Assembly: GCA_016187225.1 (NCBI GenBank)
Contig: JACPKC010000006.1
Span: 89,051 to 153,050 of the forward strand
Direction of reading: 5' to 3'
DNA: 64,000 nt
Origin: Candidatus Berkelbacteria bacterium
GTDB taxonomy: Bacteria > Patescibacteriota > UBA1384 > JACPKC01
Translations under genes and position numbers: made by a program
The notes under the pieces: generated by a model
What the model was told of the DNA's origin: nothing
The model's input: only the letters and a program-made list of their open reading frames with translations
The model's database searches: none
In this document: positions 1 through 9,010 of the stretch, piece after piece
Layout: every line of letters begins with the position of its first letter
How positions within the stretch are numbered: the first letter of the stretch is position 1

Positions 1-168
1 GGACGATTTGAGGTGCGGCCAGGGCAGGCCGTTAATGTTGGGTCGTCGTGGAATATTGCGCCACTTAACCGCCTTTAACGTCAGTTACCCAACCAAAACC
101 TGACGGTTCTTACGAAGAACTATCCACACCCAGAATAATACTGTTATGGGTGCGAGTAGCTCTTCGCA

Positions 169-1152
169 ATGCTTATTGCGAAGATAAAAATTCCCTGCGA
201 TATTAAATGTATGATTGATAAAAATGAACCATCCCCACTGGAAGATCAGTCAGCGGAGGTAGCCAAAAAATGGCCCCTGCTTGAAAAATACAGGGAGAGT
301 TGGGAAATTCCTACCAAAGAAGAGCGAGATGAATACTATAATCAGAGGGAAGAATACCAACGCGCACGCGAACAAGAGTACAACCTTCAGGCCTACCATC
401 GCTGGGACGGCTTGCGCAGGGCAATGACGGACTTTCGCCAATTAGTTGCTAAACAGACTAATCTCGATTCGGCTATAATTGGTCCGGCGCCTCCGCTCGA
501 CTTGCGCGAGACACGGGCATGGGCAGAGCGTTGGGACGAATTGCGTTTGGATGTTTTGGTTGAAGATGAGGTTAAACCTTGGTTGCGTCAACATGCTCGT
601 CTTCCTAGAAACCTCGACTGGCCAAGGGCAATTATCGTTTTTCAATTTCCAGTGCAAGGTGAATTAGCCAATATAAAACCTTTATCGCGCGGCGATCGAT
701 TAGAACGCAAAGAACGCAAAAATTTTCCAGACTTATATCTACCAAATCCGATGTCTTCCGAAAGCGAAATACAACCCCAAACTAAACAATCCAATAATCT
801 ATCTCTAAAGAAAATGAAGAGTGTCCATAAGATCATTGATCGTATTATGGGGCGTGACACTCGTCAGCCGCCTAACGCTGAATTCCAGGCAATGGTTGAA
901 CGCATCCAAAGTGAACTCAAACCCTACGGTGGTTTTGGCCACCGCCTAACGCCGCCTGGTCTTCACGACCCTGAAGCCTATTATTATGTTTGGGGCTGGT
1001 GGGCCAACGGCGAACCTTACCATCCACGCACATTAAAGACATTCTACAGTCGTCCTTTAGGCTGGAGGACTTTAGAAACTCTCAAACAAGGATTCTATGA
1101 TAAATTCATGGAGCGATTCCCTGATCACGAGCAAGGATCAAACCACTACTAA
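169..1152 (+). CDS. hypothetical protein (charged, Tyr/Trp-rich C-terminus)
   Basis: 327-aa ORF with no recognisable motif. A 9-bp inverted repeat (TCTTCGCAA/TTGCGAAGA) spans the ATG, so the true start may be an internal Met. Confidence 0.45.
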   Translation: MLIAKIKIPCDIKCMIDKNEPSPLEDQSAEVAKKWPLLEKYRESWEIPTKEERDEYYNQREEYQRAREQEYNLQAYHRWDGLRRAMTDFRQLVAKQTNLDSAIIGPAPPLDLRETRAWAERWDELRLDVLVEDEVKPWLRQHARLPRNLDWPRAIIVFQFPVQGELANIKPLSRGDRLERKERKNFPDLYLPNPMSSESEIQPQTKQSNNLSLKKMKSVHKIIDRIMGRDTRQPPNAEFQAMVERIQSELKPYGGFGHRLTPPGLHDPEAYYYVWGWWANGEPYHPRTLKTFYSRPLGWRTLETLKQGFYDKFMERFPDHEQGSNHY

Positions 1153-1321
1153 TCCGGCGCCTAGATTCAAGTTTTAATGCGTTGTTTTGGTTGATTGCAT
1201 TCCGCCGAGCAACCTGCTCCGGCACAGAAGTGATCCAATTAGATCTGCCGAAACAGGTTCCTCGGGAGAATACTTTTGCCAACACCAAAAGGGGCCCGGC
1301 GGATTAATCGCCAGACCCCTC

Positions 1322-1762
1322 TTAAAGATCGAGTAAGGAATCGACCGGCAGGTCGGTTTCAATGAGCCGAACCTGCTGCCGAAGCGGCTCTGGCAATTGG
1401 TTCACCAGAACCGACATCTTGCTCGAGAGCGCGTCGATGCGAACTGGGGTCAAATCCCGCTCCGCCATCCGCTCGATCGCGCGCACCAATAGCGCTCGGG
1501 CAATGCCCTGCCGGCGCCACTCCGGATGAACCCAGAGGGCGACAATCGTCGGCTGGCCGGACATCTGCTCGCCCTTGGGCGCCAGCGTCACCGCGCCGAG
1601 CAATTCCTCTCCCTCAAGGGCGACGAAAACCTCGTCGCAACAACTCAAACGATCGCCGCCAAACAGAATGGCGATCGCAAATCGCTGATAGTGCGGCCGC
1701 AACGCGTCTACCAGCGTTGATTTGGAAACCGTTCGAATCTCCAAATCTCCTCCTCCTTTCAT
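1322..1762 (-). CDS. GNAT family N-acetyltransferase
   Basis: Acetyl-CoA binding motif (VALWVHPEWRRQGIARALL). Start moved to an internal Met preceded by GGAGGAGGA at 8-nt spacing. GC-rich. Confidence 0.8.
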   Translation of the reverse strand: MKGGGDLEIRTVSKSTLVDALRPHYQRFAIAILFGGDRLSCCDEVFVALEGEELLGAVTLAPKGEQMSGQPTIVALWVHPEWRRQGIARALLVRAIERMAERDLTPVRIDALSSKMSVLVNQLPEPLRQQVRLIETDLPVDSLLDL

Positions 1763-2158
1763 CTTAATTGCAAGATCGAAATTAGTTTCGACACTGCAAA
1801 AAGAGCCCCTCCTGCCCATAATCCGCCGGCTGGCGAAGGCAAGAGGGGAAAGTAAAAACTTTGCGGGCACGGAGTTATCAAGCTCGACGTGTCCGCATAT
1901 TCAGATTTTACCTCGCCGCGATGGTGGTCTCGGCTCGGGTTCGGTTCTGAAGAACCGGTTCCCGCCGTAGGCGGGACGGTATCGCCTTTCGCGAGGGTTA
2001 ACCGCCGTTTCGGTATCCCTCCTGCGCCCTGCATCTGATCCTTGCAAAACCATCAAACTTGCAAGAATCTCCTCGTTCCGTGCAGGGAACTTCGTCACGC
2101 TTTTTCAAGCGGACCGGGCTTCTCCGAGTCACGTCGGAGGAACAACGCCCAAAAAAAA

Positions 2159-2521
2159 CTACCAGACCTTCGACGTCCTTACGTACCCGGTCCTGTTTTC
2201 CGTACAGGATCGGTACGACAAGACGGGACGGCCCTCGAATCGGCCTTCTACGATGGGCCCATCGTAAGAAGAGCCGAAATGGCCCTGGGCTTCATCCCAC
2301 CAAGGATAGAAGTCCAGGCCCCGCGGGGCTAACTCCATCCCCTTGGGAGCCGGACTAAAAGTCCAGAACTCCCAGGGGGGTTGCTGCCCCCACTCGAGAG
2401 CCGTCAGCCAACGGCGCCACTCTGCCGCCCGCGCCTTATAGCGAGCATCGAGTGCCGCCTTGACTTCCCAGAGCAGGCTTTCTAATTCCTGCTCTGAAAG
2501 GTCGGCCAGACGGTCGTCCAT
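2159..2521 (-). CDS. hypothetical Trp-rich small protein
   Basis: ORF starting at MDDRLADL with GGAGGA RBS 8 nt upstream. No recognisable domain. Confidence 0.5.
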   Translation of the reverse strand: MDDRLADLSEQELESLLWEVKAALDARYKARAAEWRRWLTALEWGQQPPWEFWTFSPAPKGMELAPRGLDFYPWWDEAQGHFGSSYDGPIVEGRFEGRPVLSYRSCTENRTGYVRTSKVW

Positions 2522-2750
2522 TCGATGATTCCTCCTTCCTTTAATGATGGCCGTATTTATGGATAACGGCGGAACCAAGCCATTCTTGGCCAGCGAGGCG
2601 AGTTTTGAAAGATCTATTTCACGTCAGTGACACGCGAACGATCTTTCAGACTCGCCAGCCGCGATGCGGCGGTGAAGCTTGATTATCCATCAAACCTCGC
2701 CGCCACAACTTGAGTTGCTCAACTTCTACCGATCTCCTATACACCACTAT

Positions 2751-2775
2751 TAAACCGACTCTTCCAGTCCGACAC
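2751..2775. repeat. 25-bp direct repeat copy 1 (CTTCCAGTCCGACACTAAGTGTCGG) containing a perfect 19-bp palindrome TCCGACACTAAGTGTCGGA
   Basis: Exact 25-mer recurs at 3743-3767. The palindrome was seen directly. Confidence 0.85.
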
Positions 2776-3035
2776 TAAGTGTCGGAATATCGGAATATAG
2801 CTACCACGAGGAATTAGCCGATGCCATCTACCGGGCCCTTCCGCCGTTGCCGCCGTTGATCGACGACTTGCTCGATCACCTGCAGCACTAAGGCTCACCT
2901 CCTAAGAAGCGCCATGTTCTATTTTTAAACGCCAAAAAAGGCCGAATTACTTCGGCCCTCCTTGATTTTACGTTCACGCTCCCAAGAAGAGCCCAACCCA
3001 CAGGCTCCCTCTTGACTTCGCAAACGTTAGTTTGC

Positions 3036-3272
3036 TTACTCCTCCAACCGGCGGTATTCGCCCCGCAAAGCTTGACGAACGTCGTAACCCACAAACTTAA
3101 CGCCTTGAGTTGGCGAATCAGCTTGGCCTAGCGCTGGAGCCCGCCCCTCTTGATTTAGCCCGGCATCCTCTACTACCACTTCGTCCGTTCCCTCATCTTT
3201 CGGTTGACACGAGTTGGCGGCCGTTTGGGCTTCCAATTCATGCAAACTTATTTCTGTTGGCTCGTGTTCCAT
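3036..3272 (-). CDS. hypothetical acidic small protein (78 aa)
   Basis: Internal start MEHEPTEISL with AAAGGA RBS. Lies downstream of the 3301-3678 gene on the same strand. Confidence 0.4.
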   Translation of the reverse strand: MEHEPTEISLHELEAQTAANSCQPKDEGTDEVVVEDAGLNQEGRAPALGQADSPTQGVKFVGYDVRQALRGEYRRLEE

Positions 3273-3300
3273 CTTAAATCCTTTCTTTTTAAGGACCTGG

Positions 3301-3678
3301 TTAATTCTTGCGTGGTTTCCACCAACCTGCTGGCTCGGGGCCGCCGACCGCCTCGCCATCCCAAGTCGATTCAGTCCAATCCCAGATAGCTTGTGGTTCA
3401 TTGGGAGCATATTGCTCCGCAAGTCTGACAGTGCTAAAACAGTTCCCGCCGGTTACTCCTTTGTCATCTTCAAGACCAATAAAATCCATTGATTCTTTCG
3501 GCCCCCAAAATGGCTTTAACTCCTTTAATCGTTTACCTTGTCCAACCTGACCGTAACGAGGCCAGATGTGTAATCCAAAATAATCTACCGTTTGTTGGTC
3601 AGAGATTTTTTGGAGGATGTCATTTGCTTTACTCGCGCAACGCTCTTCATCGGGTATTCCTAATGGTTCTCTTTCCAT
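3301..3678 (-). CDS. hypothetical protein (125 aa)
   Basis: ORF with several conserved-looking Trp/Gly residues. No family recognised. Confidence 0.5.
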   Translation of the reverse strand: MEREPLGIPDEERCASKANDILQKISDQQTVDYFGLHIWPRYGQVGQGKRLKELKPFWGPKESMDFIGLEDDKGVTGGNCFSTVRLAEQYAPNEPQAIWDWTESTWDGEAVGGPEPAGWWKPRKN

Positions 3679-3742
3679 ATTTCTCCTTCTGATAGCACGA
3701 ATAACTCCTGCTATCAGTGAAGACCCCGATCCTCTGCCGACA

Positions 3743-3767
3743 CTTCCAGTCCGACACTAAGTGTCGG
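3743..3767. repeat. 25-bp direct repeat copy 2 with the same palindrome
   Basis: Identical 25-mer to 2751-2775. Together the copies bracket the two-gene minus-strand operon. Confidence 0.85.
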
Positions 3768-3836
3768 GAATACAGGAACCACTAATCCTTTTTTACGATC
3801 TCTAATTTCCCTTATTCGCGCCTCTGAAGCCGCCAG

Positions 3837-4760
3837 TTAGACGGATTCAGAAAGGCAAAAAGAGAGCTCATCCGCCAGCCGGCGGATGAGCTCATAGCTG
3901 ACCTGCAACCTTGCCAAGCCGGCAAGGCGGGTCGGAAACACGGCGGTCATCAGCGTGTTTCCCAAGTCCCTGACTCCGGCGCGCTCCCACTGCGGGGACG
4001 CCGGAGCGATCACGGCCGGGACGGCCGGTGATGCTTGTCTCGCCGGCGCTATTGCGACGACGAGACTTGGTCTAAGGCAAAACGGCATCACACGCCTTGC
4101 CTTAAAAAAAGTTATCCATGAGTGGCCATCGGGGAACCCGACAGTCCTGTTCGGTGCGAATGGGTTCGCACCGACGACCACTCTTAAAACTCCGCTGCAC
4201 CTGTGCCACCCGATGGTGACTTGCAGTGGGGTCGGACGTGGACGCGCCCGGTTCCAGTCTCCGACCCTAAAGAGAGTCGGAGTAACGTGCCGGCGGCAGG
4301 CTGGAACACCCCTGCCGCCGCCGGTTGGTCAGCTTACGGGGTCTGAAACCCCGTGCCGACTTTAAGGTGACGCATCGCGCCACCTCCCTTCCCCCCTTCC
4401 GGGGGAGGATTGATTTGCTGTTCGCTCCGCCGCGGCGTGTAGGCCACAGGGTTGCCGCATGGCCGAAGCCGCGACGGAGCGCAGGTTGCAAACCTAGGTG
4501 AGATTACCCCCTCACCCACGGGGAAATTTTCATTCCGGCCCTTTGCCCCAAAAAGGCAAAGGGGGCACCGCAGTCGTTCTACGCCCATCCAGGTGCACCC
4601 GGGTGAGTGGGGACGTAGCTCCCATTAAGCGTCGTTTTTTGCGCTCGTTCGGCCAGGAAGACGGCCTAGTGCTTGTACTGCCAGCGTTCGCACCCTGCGC
4701 TGGAGACATCAGTCCGTATTAACTACCCGCGCTGATGCGCCACGGGCAGATTTTTCAACC
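3837..4760. other. GC-rich ORF-poor segment dense in stable hairpins (candidate structured ncRNA or decayed element)
   Basis: No plausible protein in any frame. There are at least 8 stem-loops of 8-14 bp, e.g. GAGCTCATCCGCC/GGCGGATGAGCTC, CCGGCGGCAGG/CCTGCCGCCGCCGG, and CCCTTTGCC/GGCAAAGGG. Confidence 0.3.
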
Positions 4761-5707
4761 TAGGAGTTGATCAGCGCCTCGAGAACGAGCGCGATGATCT
4801 TCTCGGCGGGGATCGCCGACGTCATCCCCTGGGGCGACGCGACGAGGTCGGCGGGGCCACCCCAGCCCTGCTCCAGCTCTGACAGGCGCGCCTTGAGGGC
4901 CGCCATGTCGAGCGGCGCGGCCGAGGAGTAGCGGGCCACCGTCCACTTCTGGACGGGGCTCTCGTCGGGGCCGGCGCCGGGACGCAGGAAGGACGGGCTG
5001 AAGGCGATGACGACAGGGACGCCGGTAGCGTACCCGACGTCGAAGCCGCGGGGGCTATTGCCCACCACGATCCCGACGCGGTTGCCCGGCAGCACGCTGA
5101 CCTGGAGGGAGGCTTTCGCCTTCTCCAACTCTTCGCGCGCCGTGAACGCGAAGCCACCTATGACCGCGTCGCTGACCTCACCGATCAGGAGGTTGGACAT
5201 CCAGTCCACCTTCTGGTCGATGGTCAGCTTGCGGTCGAAGCAGACGTAGTCGCTGGCGGTGATGGCCTCCTGGTTCTCCTGGACGACCTTCAGGTCGCGG
5301 GCCTGCGGCCCGAGCCCGTCCATGCGGCCGATGGCCGCCACGAGGCGGTTGTCGATCTGCTCGCTCTTGCCGGCCGCCCGGAGGGCGAGCACGGCCATCG
5401 CACCGATGCTGTCCTTGTCGGGCCGGACAGTGGCGAAGATGGAACCCGGCGCGGGCAGGTCGACCGTCAGCGCCGCCTCGATGGCGGACGTCCTCGGGTC
5501 GCCGGTTGGGCCGTGCTGCGGGTCGAGGTTGAACGAGCACCGCTTGGAGAGGGGCGGGCTCGTCACCTCGATCCCGTAGACCGGGGCGCCGGCGCCGAAC
5601 ACCTTCGCGTTGGCCTCGGCCGCGGCCGGCACCTTGTCCTCAGGCCTCGGGTCGAGGCTCGCGAAGATGTAGGTCTGGGTCGTCTGCGGGGAAGGCATGC
5701 CGTTCAT
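4760..5707 (-). CDS. hypothetical protein (315 aa, very GC-rich)
   Basis: Strong AAAGGAGG RBS 7 nt before the ATG. No family recognised. Confidence 0.6.
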   Translation of the reverse strand: MNGMPSPQTTQTYIFASLDPRPEDKVPAAAEANAKVFGAGAPVYGIEVTSPPLSKRCSFNLDPQHGPTGDPRTSAIEAALTVDLPAPGSIFATVRPDKDSIGAMAVLALRAAGKSEQIDNRLVAAIGRMDGLGPQARDLKVVQENQEAITASDYVCFDRKLTIDQKVDWMSNLLIGEVSDAVIGGFAFTAREELEKAKASLQVSVLPGNRVGIVVGNSPRGFDVGYATGVPVVIAFSPSFLRPGAGPDESPVQKWTVARYSSAAPLDMAALKARLSELEQGWGGPADLVASPQGMTSAIPAEKIIALVLEALINS

Positions 5708-5889
5708 AGCAATGCCTCCTTTCTAGTTTCGACGTTTTTTGCCTGGCGTCACCCAGAGTGTTTTCCGGCCACGTGCCGGTGACATCTCGCTTTCCGTCAC
5801 AGACGGATTGAGGCGCAGCTACGCGCCCGGGGCAGTCACGCTCCCCGCCGAGAATCCGTAGCTATGGTGCTACGGGCTCGGTCGCCAAA

Positions 5890-6561
5890 ATGTCTTGTTG
5901 GTGGGTCACTCGTTGGAGTGGCGCACCAAGAGACATGCAACGAAAACATTGCTATTCTCTCCATATGGAGGGTGAACAAATTTCGTCGATGTTCGCGGAA
6001 CCGTACGCCGAACGGCTGACGCCGGAAGAGCGTCGGCGGCTGGGTGCGGTGGCAAGTCAATTGCTCGGCGTTGAGCCGCCAGCTGAGGTTCCGATCTACG
6101 ACCGGACGGTTGTCGAGGCGACATCACGGGTGTACAATCCCGAGTCGCACCGCTACGAACCACTCGTCAACGTCCGCGATCCTGACCGCTTACCCGAAGC
6201 TGCTCGGGAGGCGATCTGGGAGCACGAACAGGTTGAAGTGCACTTTCACAACGGACTGCTGCGACTCACTGGCCCAGCGATTGAGGAGCTCGAGACGACC
6301 GGATTCATCCCGAACGTCTACGAAACCCTGCAGGAGCTGGCGGTGAGCGGCAATGTCTTGGCCCATCCCGAGACACCAAACCTCATTCAGACAAATGAGG
6401 CGCAGGCGGCACTCGTGTTTGGGATCGTCACCTACCTCAAGAAACTTGAGGAGGAATCGACGAAACCGGCGGGTGAAGACCTGGCAACACTTGAGCGACT
6501 CTGGCGCTTGGGAGTTCGGATTGAACCAATTCTGCTGCAGGAAGGGAGTGAGACACGCTGA
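5890..6561 (+). CDS. hypothetical protein (start uncertain)
   Basis: Long ORF whose stop overlaps the next ATG (ATGA coupling). Confidence 0.5.
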   Translation: MSCWWVTRWSGAPRDMQRKHCYSLHMEGEQISSMFAEPYAERLTPEERRRLGAVASQLLGVEPPAEVPIYDRTVVEATSRVYNPESHRYEPLVNVRDPDRLPEAAREAIWEHEQVEVHFHNGLLRLTGPAIEELETTGFIPNVYETLQELAVSGNVLAHPETPNLIQTNEAQAALVFGIVTYLKKLEEESTKPAGEDLATLERLWRLGVRIEPILLQEGSETR

Positions 6562-6926
6562 TGACCGAGCCTGGCCATACCCACGCATCCATCCACTACA
6601 CCGCGGCGGTGCCTGAGGAACGCATCGGTCGGATTCAGCTCACGCTGCGCGACCGAAGGACCGATGCCACAATCGCCGAGGTGATTATCCTCTACGACGG
6701 TGCCCAGCCCGAAGGCTGGTCGTACGACTACCAGATCCTGGCGAAAAACCAGGAAACGGTCACTCAGCTCGCGCACCAGTTCGACACACCGCTCAGTGCT
6801 GGCGATGCGCAACTTGCGCCACACTCGCACCAGCAGTTCGACCGGCTGTTGGCCGATCTGTGTAGTGAGTACAAACTCACCTACACGGCACGGCCACTCT
6901 ACAAGCCACCTGGCCTGCCGTGGTAA
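6561..6926 (+). CDS. hypothetical protein (121 aa)
   Basis: Translationally coupled to the upstream ORF. Confidence 0.5.
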   Translation: MTEPGHTHASIHYTAAVPEERIGRIQLTLRDRRTDATIAEVIILYDGAQPEGWSYDYQILAKNQETVTQLAHQFDTPLSAGDAQLAPHSHQQFDRLLADLCSEYKLTYTARPLYKPPGLPW

Positions 6927-7103
6927 ACACAGCGAGCGGTGGTTGGCCGGGGGTATTCTGCCTCCGGCTTTTTCGTGGGTTTTTAGCGTGTTTTACCACA
7001 CGGGCCGCCTTCGGCCTTCACTCCTTTTGCATCCCGATCCGCCAACTGACGGAAAGGATTCGTCGGTTTAATCCTATTCGGACCAACTGGCTGTGCTAGG
7101 CAG

Positions 7104-7183
7104 CCTGGGGCGAGTGTTTCCCTATATTGGGTGTTGAAACATCCAACACACAATCCTGAACTATTTCAGGGTGCTAGTTGAAT
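7104..7183 (+). repeat. attC-like site 1 (prefix CCTGGGGCGAGTGTTTCCC, then ATCCAAC ... central palindrome CCTGAA..TTCAGG ... GTTGAAT)
   Basis: Fits the inverse core RYYYAAC and core GTTRRRY. Near-identical copy at 8401-8452. Prefix repeated at 7899-7918. Confidence 0.5.
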
Positions 7184-7363
7184 AGTTCCTTCCCTCATGT
7201 CGAGCCAAAATGTTCCCAAGGAGACCAACGAAACCGAAGGGTCGTTGGAGGTTTCCTTGAAGAAATGACGGCTCGATATGCGCGAGTGGGGAGGTTGGAT
7301 CGTAAGGATGGGAGGGGCGACCTCAAGATGAGCTCCGCCTGTCCTTACAAAAAACATTATTAG

Positions 7364-7408
7364 ATCCAACACCATTTGCTCAAATAGTCTTGAGCGTTCT
7401 AGTTGAAT
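7364..7408 (+). repeat. attC-like site 2 (ATCCAAC ... GCTCAA..TTGAGC ... GTTGAAT)
   Basis: Same architecture. Near-identical to 7931-7975. Confidence 0.5.
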
Positions 7409-7437
7409 CCAATGCAGCCATTCGATAGACTACTGCT

Positions 7438-7665
7438 ATGCGCAAGTTTTCAGTGCCAACCACCGTCCGAATCACACTCCACCAGGAAACCGACGGCACA
7501 TACTGGGCCGATAGCCCTGATGCGGTGGGCTGTTTTACAGTTGGTGCAACTATCGACGAGACATTGTTGAACATGAAAGATGCGGTTCGCACCCACTTTG
7601 AATTACCAGCCCGCGCGCCTGTCCAGCTTTCACCCACGCTCTCGGCCAAACTCTCCCTCACATGA
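7438..7665 (+). CDS. hicB: HicB-family antitoxin (UPF0150-like)
   Basis: Sequence YWADSPDAVGCFTVGATIDETLLNMKDAVRTHFE is typical of HicB-like antitoxins. Its stop overlaps the hicA start. Confidence 0.75.
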   Translation: MRKFSVPTTVRITLHQETDGTYWADSPDAVGCFTVGATIDETLLNMKDAVRTHFELPARAPVQLSPTLSAKLSLT

Positions 7666-7898
7666 CTGAACGCTGGCCAGCATTTGCATCGACTGACCTC
7701 ATCCGAGCCTTGCGAAAGCTCGGATTTCTGGTTGTGCCAGGTGGAAAGGGCAGCCACACCAAGCTGGTTCACCCCCGTCACTCCGGCGCACTGACGATTC
7801 CCCAATCCAAATCGCTTGGTAGGGGCATTCGGGCTGCCTTACTCAAACAGATCCACGCCATGGGCGTCGATCTTAGTGCACTGAAGCGCTCTCTCTAG
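7662..7898 (+). CDS. hicA: HicA-family mRNA interferase toxin
   Basis: GSHTKLVHP motif and small basic protein. ATGA overlap with hicB. Confidence 0.75.
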   Translation: MTERWPAFASTDLIRALRKLGFLVVPGGKGSHTKLVHPRHSGALTIPQSKSLGRGIRAALLKQIHAMGVDLSALKRSL

Positions 7899-7975
7899 CC
7901 TGGGGCGAGTGTTTCCCCATGTTGGATTAGATTCAACACCGTTCGCTCAAATAGTCTTGAGCGTTCTAGTTGAAT
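7899..7975 (+). repeat. attC-like site 3 (prefix CCTGGGGCGAGTGTTTCCCC, then ATTCAAC ... GTTGAAT)
   Basis: Starts immediately after the hicA stop. Same modules as sites 1 and 2. Confidence 0.5.
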
Positions 7976-8130
7976 CCAAAGCCAAAAATTTATCAAGTTA
8001 ACTTGATTAAAACCAGGCTCGAATCTTAGGTTTTTAACGTGATTTACCACACGGTGTTTTTCAACCCACCCAATCATGGCGAGGCGAGCGTGCTAGACGC
8101 CAATCTCCTTTCCGATATAGTAAAAATGTT

Positions 8131-8428
8131 ATGGTTAAACTGGCATCACAAAAATTTGCCAAACCTAAAATGGTCAAAATATCGCTTGATCGTGTTAGGA
8201 AATTTTACGCGGCGAGCGCCGTGATGCTTGATTTAGCCGAAGAGATTCTTGAGGAGCATGGCGAGTACACCAAGGAGTTTCTCGCTCGATAGTCTCAAAA
8301 GAGCCGAGGCCGACGTCAGGGCGGGCCGAGTGCAGACTATCCTGTCGCTGGACGAACTACCTAAACACGCCGAGAGCCACGCTATCGCGCGCCGTCGGTT
8401 TGTTGAAAAATCCAACACACAATCCTGA
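8131..8428 (+). pseudogene. frameshifted addiction-module antitoxin-like gene
   Basis: Frame 1 gives MVKISLDRVRKFY...EEHGEYTKEFLAR*. Frame 2 (ATG 8258) gives ...SLDSLKRAEADVRAGRVQTILSLDEL, resembling the C-terminal motif (RRLAEyeAGkvkTI..EE) of RelE/ParE-partner antidote proteins. Its stop lies inside attC-like site 4. Confidence 0.3.
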
Positions 8429-8452
8429 ACTATTTCAGGGTGCTAGTTGAAT
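8410..8452 (+). repeat. attC-like site 4 (ATCCAAC ... CCTGAA..TTCAGG ... GTTGAAT), with a second GTTGAAT at 8492-8498
   Basis: 43/43 match to the site 1 core module. Confidence 0.5.
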
Positions 8453-8541
8453 GCTTCCTTCAATCAGCCGACGATTGGACATCGAATCGTTGTTGAATCC
8501 AAGAATAATGACTGTTATTATCGAATTTGAAAGGTTTAGTT

Positions 8542-8784
8542 ATGATTTCACCTCGTCGATTTAATATTGTTCTCACGCCGGAGCCGGAGGGTGGCTACAC
8601 AGTGACAGTGCCATCTCTGCCGGGTTGCGTAACTTACGGAAAAACAGTCGATGAGGCACATGATATGGCCGCCGATGCGATTACTGGCTATCTGGCCAGT
8701 CTCCGCAAACATCACGAGCCATTGCCAAGCGATCAAGAACCGCTGATTAGCTCGCTTAATCTTGATCGTCGAGTTCGAAAATGA
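8542..8784 (+). CDS. hicB: HicB-family antitoxin
   Basis: Sequence TVTVPSLPGCVTYGKTVDEAHDMAADAITGYL. AAAGG RBS. Confidence 0.75.
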   Translation: MISPRRFNIVLTPEPEGGYTVTVPSLPGCVTYGKTVDEAHDMAADAITGYLASLRKHHEPLPSDQEPLISSLNLDRRVRK

Positions 8785-8794
8785 TGGATCAGCG

Positions 8795-9010
8795 ATGCCA
8801 AAATTACCGCGCTTAACCGCGAAACGCGTCATTACTTTACTGCTCAAACATGGCTTTGTTTTGGATCACTCCACCGGCAGTCATCAGATTTTCTACCACC
8901 CAACAACTCACTGTCGCGTAACGGTACCGTTTCACAATCGAAATCTGCTCATTGGCACGCTCTACTCCATTTTGAAACAAAGCGGCATTCCACGAGATGA
9001 GTTTCGCTAA
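8795..9010 (+). CDS. hicA: HicA-family toxin
   Basis: GSHQIFYHP motif. Starts 11 nt after the hicB stop. Confidence 0.75.
   Translation: MPKLPRLTAKRVITLLLKHGFVLDHSTGSHQIFYHPTTHCRVTVPFHNRNLLIGTLYSILKQSGIPRDEFR

Noticed and set aside
3955-4722. Several 74-136-aa ORFs in the GC-rich structured segment
   Set aside because: Their composition is a GC-rich frame artefact (Gly/Ala/Arg/Pro runs). They have no RBS or domain signal and overlap on both strands. The region is better explained as structured or non-coding.
3837-4760. Considered tmRNA, RNase P RNA, cobalamin riboswitch, or group II intron domain V for the structured segment
   Set aside because: I could not find the diagnostic strings: GGAAAGTCCGG and ACAGAACCCGGCTTA for RNase P, a tRNA-like GGTTCGANTCC...CTCCACCA end or a tag ORF ending ALAA for tmRNA, a B12 box, or a GAGC..GNRA..GTTC domain V. 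Left as unclassified pending a covariance-model search.
7166-7375. 61- and 69-aa ORFs on both strands of the 180-bp first cassette
   Set aside because: They overlap each other and the attC-like repeats, and have no RBS. The cassette may be ORF-less or encode a small RNA. Not called.
8039-8428. In-frame TGA between ORF 8039-8224 and the downstream antitoxin-like ORF, as possible stop-codon recoding (code 25)
   Set aside because: A TAG also intervenes in the same frame. Many confident genes in the window terminate with TGA (hicB1, the GT4 genes). No evidence for recoding.
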